Shown: positions 49,712 through 61,039 of the stretch, piece by piece
Layout of the letters: every line of letters begins with the position of its first letter
Position numbering within the stretch: the first letter of the stretch is position 1
From: Mobula hypostoma
Lineage: Eukaryota
Length of the DNA: 64,000 nt
Assembly: GCF_963921235.1 (NCBI RefSeq)
Contig: NC_086109.1
Location: 36,334,001 to 36,398,000, forward strand
Direction of reading: 5' to 3'
Notes under the pieces: generated by a model
What the model was told of the DNA's origin: nothing
Seen by the model: only the letters and a program-made list of their open reading frames with translations
The model's database searches: none
Position numbers and translations under genes: made by a program

Positions 49712-51058
49712 GAATCAGGTTTAATATCATTGGTAGGTGTCATGAAAATTGCTGACTTCCTGCAGCAATACACAGTAATAAAAACTATAAATTACAAAGA
49801 ATTAAATATAAAAAAAAAATTTAGTGCAAAATGGAGGTAAAAGTACTGGGGAAGTGTTCATGGCTTCATTGTCCATTCAGAAATCTGATGGTGGAGTGGA
49901 AGAAGCGATTTCTGAAATGTTGAGTATGTGTTGTAAGGCTCTTGTACCTCCTCCTTGATGTTAGCAATGAAAAGAGGGCATAGCCTGGGTGATAGGGGTC
50001 CTTTATGTAGGATGCTGCCTTACTGAGGCATCTCCTATTGAAGACCTCCTGAATTCTGGTCAGGCTTCTGCCTATGATGGAGCTGGCTGAGTTTACAGTT
50101 GCTGCAGCTTTTTCCATTCTTGTACAGTGGGCCCTCCACATCAGATGGTGATGCAATGGGTTAGAATGCTCTCCACAGTACATCTGTAGAAATTTGCGAG
50201 TGTCTTTGGTGACATACCGATTGTCCTCAAACTCCTAATCGAATATATCCACTGTCACACCTTTTTTGCATCAATATGTTCGACCCCGGATCGATCCGCA
50301 GAGATACTGACACCCAGGAATTTGAAACTGCCCACCCTTTCCACTCCTGATCCTTTGATGAGCACGGGTGTGTGCTCTTTTGGCTTGCACTTCCTGAAGA
50401 CCACAATCAATTCCATTGTCTCACTGATGTTGAGTGCAAAGTTCTTGCTGTGACATTACTCAAACAACTGATCTATTTCACTCCTTTGTGCCTCCTTGTC
50501 ACCATCTAAAATAGTTATGACATCAGCAAATTTATAGGTGTTGTTTAAGCAGTGCCTAGCTACACAGTTTGGGGTGTAGGACGAGTAGAGCAGTGGACTA
50601 AGCATGCATCCTTGAGGTACGCTAGTGTTCATTATCAGCAAGGAGGAGATGTTATTTCTGATCTGCACAGACTATGGTCTCCCAGTGAAGAAGTCAAAGA
50701 TCCAGTTGCAGAAGGAAGTACAGAAGCCCAGATTTTGGAGCTTTTATTTTGCTGAGGATATGATTGTGTTGAACGTTGAGCTGATGTCAATAAACAGCAG
50801 CCTGACATAAGTATTACTATTGCCCAGGTGATCCAAGGCCGAGTGGAGAGCCAGTGAGATTGCATCTGCTATATTGTGGTGGTAGGCAAATCGCATGGGG
50901 TCCAGATCCTTGTTTAGGCAGGAGTTGATTCTAGCCATGAGCAATCTCGCGAAGCATTTCATCACAGCGGATATTAGTGTCATGGTGCACTTCTTGGCTA
51001 CTGGTATGATTGTCACTTTTTTGAAGCAGCTGGGAATCTCCAGCTGTAGCAGAAAGAG
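49712..51058 (-). mobile_element. Rex1/Babar-type LINE inserted in Gypsy integrase C-terminus
   Basis: IPSCFKKVTIIPV, LLFIDISSTFNTII, VPQGCMLSPLLYS, YKFADV, FRNRFFHSTIRFLNG. Confidence 0.87.
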
Positions 51059-51059
51059 A

Positions 51060-51450
51060 TTGAAGCTATTGATTTGGTTCTTGGGTTCCTTCAAGCTCAC
51101 CCGTTGTATCATTTCAGTCACTTAGCATGCTCAGCTGCCACTGTCCCCCAGGATCGATCACACTTACATTCCATGTGTCCTGCCTCAAGCCCATTGTCTC
51201 CGGACCACCCAACCCACCAGACCCTGCACCTCTTGAAACTTGGATGGTGGAAGGTGATCCAATGTACGTGGTTTGCTCATTGCTGGAATCACATCACTGT
51301 GGGTAGGCTGTGCAATATCTGGTCGACTGGGAAAGGTTTGATCTGAAAGAGATGACTCAGGTGCTGTCCGGATACATCTTGGATCCGTTGCTGATTGATG
51401 AGCTCCACCGAACCCATCAGAATCATCTAGGGCCATCAGGGCCAGCCATA
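51060..51450 (+). pseudogene. Gypsy integrase GPY/F module and chromodomain remnant
   Basis: KLLIWFLGSFK (KLxPRFxGPF-like), TFHVSCLKP, QYLVDWERFDLKEMTQVLSGYILDPLLIDELH. Confidence 0.82.
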
Positions 51451-51477
51451 GTGGGAGTGAGACGGGGTGCGGAGTCC

Positions 51478-51896
51478 TGTCAAACCTGCTCCCGCAGGAA
51501 TCTCCCAGTCTCCACCCAGCTAATAGTATTCACCTCCGCTCATTCCAACCTCATCACCTTCAGCCTGTTTAACCCCAGTTCTGATCCACAGTTCTTGTGT
51601 ACTCATCAAACCAGCTGGCCTCAAATATTTTCTCCTTGCTTTCACTCTCCCTACCTTATTACCGGTTGAGTTTAGTTTCTATTCTCACCTGTTGTGTGCC
51701 AATAGATAATAGACAATAGGTGCTGGAGTAGGCCATTCAGCCCTTCGAGTCAGCATCATCATTAACTGTGATCTTGGCTGATCATCAAGCCCCTCGTGGC
51801 TTGTTGTTTTGTGGTTTATTATTAAAGTTATCATTCACTGCTAAATCATTTCTGCTGCTCTGCATTAGGACCAAGCCTCCTCTACATTTCCTGACA
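51478..51896 (+). repeat. Gypsy 3' LTR containing a reverse CR1 3' tail (~51700-51788)
   Basis: TGTCA..TGACA termini preceded by a G-rich PPT-like tract; insert GCTGGAGTAGGCCATTCAGCCCTTCGAG is the reverse complement of the CR1 3' UTR. Confidence 0.88.
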
Positions 51897-51899
51897 CAT

Positions 51900-52140
51900 C
51901 TTGAGGCAACACTCCAGTATAAATGACCTGTAGTGAAGAGGAATATGTTAAAGATGTATTGGGCTGAGTCCACTGCTCTCTGCAGCTCCTTGCATTCCTT
52001 GTATTTGAATTGCCACACTAGACTATGATGCAACATCAGTAGAGTTCTGCATGAGTGTTTAGTAACAAACTGAACCTCCTTAATTTCCTGAGAAGATAAA
52101 GACATTGTTGAACCTTCTTTATGACTGCATCCATGTGCTA
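51900..52140 (-). mobile_element. Old Rex1/Babar fragment
   Basis: KECKELQRAVDSAQYI on the minus strand. Confidence 0.55.
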
Positions 52141-52254
52141 GGTGACAACAGTTCCAATTTGTTATCATACGAGAATTTACTGCTGATTCTTTCCATGACC
52201 AGTTCTCTAATGATTGGCACATGCTCATCTTCCAGTACTTCACCTGGACATACT

Positions 52255-53260
52255 AACATCCTTGGATGGTTCAAAGAACAGAGTTTGCACCTCTTGCAGT
52301 TGCATGGGAAAATATCATACAATGGTGAGTAGTCAGCTGGGACAGCAGGGAGTTTTGGAGTGACTGATCCCTTCAGACATTGAAAGGAGAGAGGAGGAGA
52401 ACATGTGTCTGCTGATGGAAACTGCTTGAGCTGGTGGGAATTGTGAAGGTTAATCTGTTGAACATGGAGACTGGTAAGAAGAAAAGAGAAGGACAAGAGA
52501 ACTCCGCTCTTGCTTTCTTTCCAGGAGGAGATGAAGGTTAGAGAAGAGGTGTTGGCAACAGATGATATGAAGGCTCTGTCCATTGTTGAATAAAAGAAGC
52601 AATACTTCAGAAAGAGGAGATTTCAATTATACTTATGCAGAAAGTCTCATCCTTGATAGAATTTGAAGAGCCTGGACAATGGAATACACTTCTTACAGAA
52701 AGCAGGGTGGGAGAAAGAATAACGACAGCTAAAGGAATTTGTGGGTTTTAATGGATGTTCATGACTAAACCTTTTCCTGAGATAGAGGCAGAGTGATCCA
52801 GCAGAAGGAATGAAGAATTAGATGAAGGGAAGAGGAGGGTGGAAATCTATGGCAAAAAAGTTTGAAATTTTCAGGTTCTCACTGAGTGCAGCAAGCAGCA
52901 CCAACATAGTCACCGGTATACCTAGAAAAGAAGAAAGACTGCATGTTCCAATAACTGCTTGTGTCCTTCAAAGTGACGAGTATAGCTTGGACCCATGTGA
53001 GCACCGTTTGACCTGGAGAAATGGAGCAGACTTGAAACAGAAGTTGATTTAATGTAAGGGAGAGTTCAGCCGAGCGACCGAGTATTTTGGTGGAGTGGAA
53101 CTGATTGAACCTCTGCTGAGGGAGAGTGCCTTCAGACTCACTGTATATGGGATGAGATTGTAAAGGGAGTGCATGTCCATCCTGAACATGAACTGGTTAG
53201 GACTGAGAAACTGAAAAATTAGTGGAGGGCATCCACAGAACCATGTGTTTAAGTGGACTG
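52255..53260 (-). mobile_element. Decayed Penelope-like element ORF (RT and Cys-rich linker preceding GIY-YIG)
   Basis: Minus TSLHVQQINLHNSHQLKQFPS..SPPLS, IFPCNCKRCKLC; decayed AEL..TLN..F and MGPSY RT motifs near 52980-53075. Confidence 0.7.
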
Positions 53261-53689
53261 TGGAAAAAACAATACGGTCAACTTGGACTTCAATGTATCA
53301 CTATTCTATCTTCACAATGGATTGAACAGCAGAGCAGAACTCCTCCTTTTTCATTATAAAGGGAATGCTTATTGCTTGCAGAATACTTGTTGATAGATAA
53401 TTGTTAATACTGTGATTCTACAATGACATTCCAGAGTCGTCTAAAGTTGTTAAATTGAATATTCTTTGTCAGGAGCAGAAGGTATCAGAGGGTGAATTCT
53501 CCCAGCTCATCAGTGAAACAGTTAAATTCTTCCTCTTCTAATGCCTCTATTTTCCTTTTTAGGGTGGCTGGGGTCCTATCAGAATCTTTAATCTACAGTG
53601 GCACTCAAACTGCAGTTTTGCATGGTGGCATGTTCCTCTTTAATGAAGCACGGCGATCAGCCGCATTTTCGATATGTCCAGGTTTGGTC

Positions 53690-54340
53690 TAAAGTTGGGT
53701 GCCTTTGAGGTGCGGCCTCGCGTGGCCCTATGGACACGAATTCTTACTGGTGTCGCAAACTGAAATGTAGCAGGAGGCAAAACATCGAGACAGCAAGAGC
53801 AGCTGTCGGATGCCTCTGCACCCGGTTATTGATCACTCACTCTCTCTCTGAATGGTGAATGAGAGTTTGCTGCCAATCTCAAGTTGAGGAACACGAATAA
53901 AAGCGCTTTAGACTGTGACTGTAATATCAAAACAGCAACTGTTTGTCTCCCCTCTCACTGTGGAAGGAGTGATACCTGTCTTTCCTTTGTTAATGAGAGA
54001 GAGAGAGCCTGAGGGATGTTGAATTGTAATAAACAGTTAGCTTTTGATGGACTGTAGATCATGGTCTCATACTGGGGGCTTTGCTGTTGCTTGCATAGTG
54101 GGTGGTGGGAATGCTGATGCTTTTTAAGAGAATAAGTGTTGGGAGGGAGAGAAGGAAGGGCTGATGCTTGCTGCTATTTGTGCTTGGGGGAGGGCAGGGG
54201 GCTTTGGGGTTCTTACATTTTTTTTCTGCCATTCATTCTTTGGGGTTTTTCTTTTGTTTCGAGGATGTCTGTGGAGAGTGAGATCTTCAGGTTGTATTAC
54301 TGGAGGAATTTAATTCTCTGATATTAAATTGAACCAATGA
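53690..54340 (+). repeat. Unclassified interspersed repeat
   Basis: Ends GATCTTCAGGTTGTAT..ATTAAATTGAACC, like 27960-28200. Confidence 0.45.
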
Positions 54341-54749
54341 ATGAGTTGTTATGGATTCAAATTTTGCACGGAAACCAATTCATTCTGCATGTGATTACAA
54401 GACTAGGCATTATACTAGCAGTACAATATATGTGGAGGAGTGAGCAGAGGCCACGCTGAGCACAGCAAGCTGCTGAAGAGGGAAGAAGGTGTAAAGAGGA
54501 TATGTTCAAAGCAGAGGACAATGTTCACCATGTATCCCTAGAGCACATTGCTCCTGAATAATCTTAGTGACATATTCATGTTCCTGTAAGAATATTCTCA
54601 TTCTCAAATCTGTTATCTGCAAGAACCTCAGCTATAACTTCAGTGCAGATCAAAAATTATGTAACCAGAAAGTGGCAAATTCACCTTGATTCTGAACTTA
54701 CATTAGAGACCTTCTAAGCCAATGTTCTTTACAATATCTTTCACTTTAA

Positions 54750-55195
54750 CATAGTCATAAAGCTATACAGCATTGAAACAGGACCTTCAACCCATTCATC
54801 CATGCGGACTAAGGTATCATCCTGAGATAGTCCTATATGCTTGCATTCAACTTATATTTCTCTGAACCTTTCCTCTCCATCTGTTTGTCCTGATGTCTTC
54901 TAAATGTTGTAATCGTGCCACTGCCTTTGGTCACTTGGTAGCTTGTTCCATAAACCCACACCTCTCCTTATGAAAAGTACGCTTTAAATCTTAATCCTGT
55001 ACTACTTGGTTAATGACACCTCCACCTTGGGAAAAAGACTGTGGACATCCATCTAATCTATGCTCCTCAGAATCTGCTAAAGATAACCTCAATCTTTGCC
55101 CCAGGGGTAAAAGGCCAAATCTATCAACCTTCTTTACTTCAGGGACTTTACTGTTTTCTATGTAATAAATGAGGTTACTGGTGCTTTCTATCAAT
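54750..55195 (-). mobile_element. CR1 3' fragment
   Basis: ATACAGCATTGAAACAGGACCTTCAACCC is the reverse CR1 3' UTR; reverse of the RVWN-type C-terminal motif. Confidence 0.7.
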
Positions 55196-55204
55196 AAAAA
55201 GAGT

Positions 55205-55710
55205 CTGCCAATATTTCAAAGCAACACACACAATTACTGGAGGAACTCATCAGGTCAGGCAGAGGAATAAACAGTCAATATTTTGCTTGAGACTCTTCAT
55301 CAGACTAGAAAGGACAGAATAAAAAGATGGGGGAAGGAGTACAATCTGGAAGGTAACAGACAAAGCCAGGTAGGAGGGTAGGTGGGTGGATGGCGGAGGA
55401 GTAATGAAGTGAGAAGCTGGCAGGTGGTGGGAAAAAAGGACTGAAGACAAAGGAATCTGATAGGAGAGGAGAATGGACCATGGAAGAAAGGGAAGGAGGA
55501 GGGGCACTAGAGGAATGTGAAAGGCAGGTGAAGAGAAGAGAAAGAGTAAGAGGGAGCCAAAATGGGGAATGGGAAATGAGAGAAGGGGAACTTGAGAGAA
55601 ATTACCAGAAGATATAGAGATCAATGTTCATGCGTTAGATTGACCTATTGAGTTCTGCCAGCATTTTTTTTGTGTGTTGCTCTAGATTTTCAGCATCTCT
55701 TGTGCCTGTA
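55205..55710 (-). mobile_element. Penelope-like 3' end with an inverted partial terminal repeat
   Basis: GCAACACACACAATTACTGGAGGAACTCATCAGGTCA (~55221-55257) mirrored by TGACCTATTGAGTTCTGCCAGCATTTTTTTTGTGTGTTGC (~55641-55680); CTGATGA core on minus at 55297-55303. Confidence 0.72.
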
Positions 55711-55944
55711 TTTCACTGTCTTTTGCCAGATTGCAACAGGTGGAGAGAGCAGAACACTCTGAGGTCTGAGTGTTCTGCAGGGGCTTATCAACCTGCAACT
55801 GAAATGTAGCTAAGAGGAGTTTTAAGTAGAGCGTGACAAAAGACAGCTTCTCCTGCAAATTGATGTTTAGAACCCTGAACAACAGTGAAGCTTTTCAATT
55901 TGCAGAAGCATTTGAGGCACCACTCCAAACCAAAGGGTGGCCAA

Positions 55945-57450
55945 ATGGTAACTGAGGGCTGGATAATATTCAGGGATTCATCTTCAAATCTGAATGAAAA
56001 TATCACAGTTGAAAATGACTTCATCAAAACCTGTGTGGATGAGTGTGCTCCTTTGAGAACGTACCAGACATACCCAAATCAAAAGCCATGGATGAAACAG
56101 GAGATTTGTAGTCCGCTGAGGGCTAGATCTGTGGCATTCATGATCACTGATCCAGAACAATACATAAGTCTAGGTATAACCTATGGAAGGCTATCTTAAG
56201 AGCGAGAAAACAATTCCAATTGAAGTTAGAGACAGAATTAAATGCAGGTCAGATCTGATAGGGTTTTCAGGCCATCATTTCTGACAAAGTGAAACCTAAT
56301 GTCATGAATGGAAGTGATGCTTCACTCCCAGATGAGCTCAATGCCGTTTATGCATACTTTGAAACAGAAAATGAAAGTGCATCTATGTGAATTCCTGCAG
56401 CATCCGGTGACGCTGTGATCTCTGTCTCGGAGGATGACGTCAGAACATCTTTCAAGAAGGAAAAGCCTCGCAAGGCTTCAAGCCCTGATGGTATATCTGG
56501 TAGGGTTCTGAAAAACTGTGTGAGCCAACCGGCAGGAGTGTAACTCCCTCTGCAGCTGGATCCTTGACTTCTTCACTGAAAGACCACTGCCTGTGCTGAT
56601 CAAAAATAGCATCTCCTCCTCACTGACAATCAACACTGGGCTTCTTAGGAATGTATACTTAACCCACTGCTCTACTCTCTCTAAACCCACGACTAGTGGT
56701 GAGGCCTAACTCAAATACCATCTTTAAATTTTTCAATGACACAGCTGTACAGCTATTGTTGACAGAATTTCAGATAGTGATAAGGAGGCGTACAGGAGTG
56801 AGATATATCAGCTCATTGAGTGGTACCACAGCAACAACCTTGCACTCAATGTTAGTAAAACCTATGAATTGATTGTGGACTTCAGGAAGTGTAAGTCGAT
56901 GGACCACACACTGGTGCTCACCAAAGTGGAAAGGGTGAGCAGCTTTAACATCTCAGAGCCGAACATATTGATGCAATTACAAAGAAGGCATGACAGTGGC
57001 CATATTTGATTACGAGTTTGAGGAGAATTTGTATGTCGGCAAAGGCAGTTGCGAATTTTGATGGAATTACCATAAAGAGTATTCTAACTAGTTGCATCAT
57101 TGTCTGATATGGAGCGGGCCACTGCAGAGGATTTGAATGAACTGCAGAAAGTTGTAAACTCAGCCAGCTCCATCATGAGCACTAGCCTCTCCAGCATCCA
57201 GGACACCTACAAAAGGTGATGCATCAAAGGTGGCATCCATCATTAAGGACCCTCATCATCCATCACATGCCGTCTTCTCATTCCTACCATCAAGGAGGAG
57301 ATACTGGAGCCTGAAGACAGACACTCAACATTTCACGAACAACTTTATCCCCTCCACCATCAGATTTCTGAATGGACAATGAAGTCATGAACACTATCTC
57401 TGTATGTTTTTCCTTCTTTTTGCACCACTTACTGAATAATTTTATGTGCA
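55945..57450 (+). mobile_element. Rex1/Babar-type LINE with internal deletion
   Basis: FIKTCVDEC..YPNQKPWM linker, KASSPDGISG, jump at ~56540 to LCSWILDF; 3' HHPSHAVFSFLPSRRRYWSL. Confidence 0.83.
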
Positions 57451-58629
57451 CACAAAATACAAATATTGCCACATGATTTATGACAGAACGGACCACTGTC
57501 ACGCAAAAATGATCTTTTACACTGTCTAGTCCAGTGCTGCTGCAGCCCTGCAAAATCTGGAAGGTTGTGGGCTCAACTCTTCAGAAATTTACTGTGAGGA
57601 TGAAGAGGGAGCAGCAAGGAGGAAAGGGAGAGCAAAAGAAAGAGATAAGGGAAACAAGGCAATGTAAAGATTTTTTTCTGACTTGCCTGTATGGAAACAA
57701 CACAAAACACCAGTAAATACCATCCCAATTTCCCATTTAGCAACAGATTCACTTATTTCTTTTGCTTTCTAATTGACTATCACAACACAAACAAAATCTG
57801 ACATGAGCTTGCATGGTAGACATCTGATCTTCCTTCCTTTACATTAAGCTTTAAATTATGTACTGTCTGCCTGACTTGGTGTTTGGAAATATTGAAATAA
57901 GTGACAATAAATTATTATTTTCTTGATCTTCCATCAGAGACAATCCATGTGCCTATTCTTACAGCAATGTTACTTTAAGAAATGCATTCTTTCTTCATCT
58001 GCTGCTTTTAGATCAGAAGACATCGTAGGATGAGGGAAAGGGAGATGTCAGAAGGAGGCTCTGGAGTACTTCAATTGTTTGTGATCTGCTGGTGGTCATG
58101 AACTCCGCAAAAATCACTTTAGTGATAATGAGCATGATACATCCTTCATGCTGGTAGGTGGATTTGAGTTTCGATTAGGTTGAGTCAGTTGTTGGTAGTA
58201 CTAGCGGTGTCCTACTTTGGCTGCAAGAGCAAGAGTAGCGCATTGGCTAACGGTACACTATGTATTTGGGTAATACACTTGTCACAGCTGAATAGCTGTC
58301 AGTGTATGTGGAAGCTGTGAGATGTGGTTGTGACGGTCACAGCAGTATGTAGGTTAAAAAATTATGAATGTCCTCTCTGATGAGAAGGTTGTGGCATGAA
58401 CGTTCACTGCCTTGAGTAGTGCCAGAATCTGATAGGGCAATATAAATATTTTAAAGGTGCTTTCTCTGGAAAGTTCCTTGAAGTTATGGTCTTCCACCCA
58501 AGTCTTAAGGCACTGTATACTGATTTTGGCTCCTGCAGTTATTTAATTCTATTGCCTTCAAAAAGTTTCTCCTGAAATGCTCATGTTCCCCTGTGTATAG
58601 AACTCTTCTTTGCTATATCAATATCATAA

Positions 58630-60590
58630 TGGGAAGTTTAGCTAATACTGTATGTGCGGGTAGTTGGGTGGGGGGGGAGATGTTAAACTAGAGTTACAAG
58701 AGGTGGGACCAGAGTTCCAGAAAATAAGGGAACCTTTGCATCTAGTGATCATAATGCCATTAGTTTCAAGGTAATTATGGAAAAGAATAGATCTGGCCCT
58801 CAGGCTGTGATCCTCAATTGGAGTTATGATGGTATCAGAAAGGATTTGGCAAGTGTGGATTGGGACCGGCTGTTTTCTGACAAAGGCATATTTGGTAAGT
58901 GGGAAGCCTTCAAAAGTTAAATTTTCAGAGAACAAAGCTCATATGCTCCTGCTGGAATAAAATGCACGTTTAGGAAACCTTGGCTTTCTGGAGATATAGA
59001 GGCCCTGGTTAAGAAAAACAACAACATGCATAGCAGATATAGTCAAGTAGGAACAAGTGAGGTACTTGAGAAGTATAAAAAAGCAGGAGAACACTTAAGA
59101 AAGAAGTCAGGAGGACTAAATGAAAACATGTGGTTGCTCTCGCAGACAAGGTGCAGGGAAGTCCTAAGGGCTTCTACAGATATTTTGAGCAAAAGGATTG
59201 CAAGGAACAAAATTAGCCCTCTGAAAAATCAGACTACTAATCTATACATGGAGCCAAAAGAGATTAGGGAGATTTTAAATGGATTTTGCTGCATCTGTAT
59301 TTACTCGCGAGATGGATACAGAGTCTGGAAGAGTGAGGGAAAGCAGTAGTGATGTCATGGACCCTATACAGATTACCGAGGAGGGGGTGTTTTCTGTCTT
59401 GAGGCAAATGAGGGTGGATAAGTTCCTAGAGCCTGACATGCTGTTTCCTCGACCCTATGGGAGGCAAATGCAGAAATTGTAGGGTCACTAGAAGATATAT
59501 TTAAATCATCCTTAGTGACAGGAGAGATACCGGAGGATTGGAGGATATTCCTTTGTTTAAGAAAGACTCCAAGAATAAACTAGGAACTTATAGACCAGTG
59601 AGTCTGACACCAGCAGTGGGAAAGTAATTGGAAGGTATTCTAAGGGACCAGATATACGAGTATTTAGATAGAAAGGGACTGATTATGGATAGTCAGCATG
59701 GTTTTGTGCATGGTAGTTCATGTCTAAACAATCTTATACAGTTTTTCGAGAAAGTTGATGAAGAGGATGTTGTCTGCATGGACTTCCACAAGGCATTTGA
59801 CAAGGTCCTGTATGGGAGGTTGGTCAAGAAGGTTCTGTCACTTGGCATTCAAGATGAGGTAGTAAATTGGATTAGATTTTAGATTTGTGGGAGAAGCCAG
59901 AGGGTGGTAGTAAAGGGTTGCCTCTCTAACTGGAGGCCTGTGACTAGTGGAGTGCTACAGGGATCTGTGCTGGGTCTGTTTTTGGTTGGCATCTATATTA
60001 ATGAGCGAGATGATAATATGGTTAAATGGAACAGCAAAACTGCAGACAAAACCAATATTGGGGAAGTAGGAAGACTATCAAAGCTTGCAGCAGGATCTGG
60101 GACAGTAGGAAAAATGGCAGGTGGAAATTAGTGCAGACAAATGTGATGTTTTGCACTTTAGGAGGAACAACCAAGGTAGTTCTTACACAGTGAGTGGTGG
60201 GGCATCGAGGAGGGCAGTAGAACAAAGGGATCTGGGAATATAGATTATAATTCACTGAAAATGGCATCACATGTAGATAGAGTCATAAAGAAAGCTCTTG
60301 GCACATTGAACTTCATAGATTAAAGAATTCAGTACAGGATTTGAAATGTTATATTGAAGTTGTATAAGATGTTGGTGAGGCCCAATTTGGAGTATTGTGT
60401 GCTGTTTCATTACCTAAGTGCAGGAAAGATGCAAATAAGATTGAAAGTTGACAGGGAAAACTTACAAGGATGTTGCCAGGACTGGAGGACATGAGGTATA
60501 AGGAAAGAGTGAGTAGGTTAGAACTTTATTCCCTGGAACATAAAAGATTGAGAGGAGATTTTATAGAGGTAAACAAAATTATGAGGGGAG
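58630..60590 (+). mobile_element. Decayed CR1 LINE truncated by an LTR element insertion
   Basis: FASVFTRE, NL*TSESD (NYRPVSL-like), SQHGFVHGSSCLNNL, MDFHKAFDKV, WRPVTSGVLQGSVLG. Confidence 0.87.
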
Positions 60591-61002
60591 TGTCCTGGGG
60601 TGACGTGCCTTATTCTGATTGCTGAAACTCGCTCCCATCGTGATTGGCTAGCTTAGAAACTGCTGCTGTTTTTCCCATTGGTTACCTGCCTGGTGTCCAG
60701 TTTCAAATATCCTGGGTATATAGGAAGCATATGTGGGACGTTCTGGCTCTTTTCCTGTTTTTAAGGCAAGGATGCTCATGACAATTGGGAAGATTTGCTC
60801 TGTGCGCACTTGTAGCTAAATATGTTTGTTGAACATATGCATATTTGTTGAATATTCAGCTTTGTAGTGTCTGTAACTGAAGGAACATGAATGTATGGTC
60901 AAATGTTAACTGTTTGTAAGTAAATGATTAACGTACCTATTCAAAGCCAGTACATTTTCTGTCTCACTTGCCAGACCCACAAACCTGATTCAGCTCTTTA
61001 CA
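60591..61002 (+). repeat. ERV-B putative 5' LTR
   Basis: Abruptly interrupts CR1; TGT..ACA; two ATTGG (reverse CCAAT), TATATA ~60718, AGTAAA ~60919; followed by TT-TGG. No partner LTR in the window. Confidence 0.65.
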
Positions 61003-61004
61003 TT

Positions 61005-61023
61005 TGGCACTGCTTTGAGCAGG
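61005..61023 (+). promoter_or_regulatory. Putative PBS, tRNA-Ser(CGA)-like
   Basis: TGGCACTGCTTTGAGCAGG versus expected TGGCGCTGTGAGCAGGAT; requires a 3-nt insertion. Confidence 0.45.
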
Positions 61024-61039
61024 GTCTGGCTTTTTGGGC

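Larger units (their letters stand above)
41519..51896 (+). mobile_element. Ty3/Gypsy chromovirus (sushi-like) LTR retrotransposon, decayed and multiply interrupted
   Basis: Protease ALVDSSAAENF; RT KKKDGGLSLCINYHGFNKISIKDQYPLP, KIFTKIDL..AY|NLI..EWKTAFITSTGHYEY; RNase H VETSEVGA..HPCAFFS; integrase RFWWHTM, SDRVHNL (SDRGPQF-like); chromodomain; paired LTRs. Confidence 0.92.

Noticed and set aside
53470..53560. CTGATGAG on the minus strand as a hammerhead, and acidic peptide KIEALEEEEF
   Set aside because: No GAAA box after a stem II; peptide has no splice or homology support
57960..58620. Possible decayed retroelement on the minus strand
   Set aside because: Motifs too weak to assign a family
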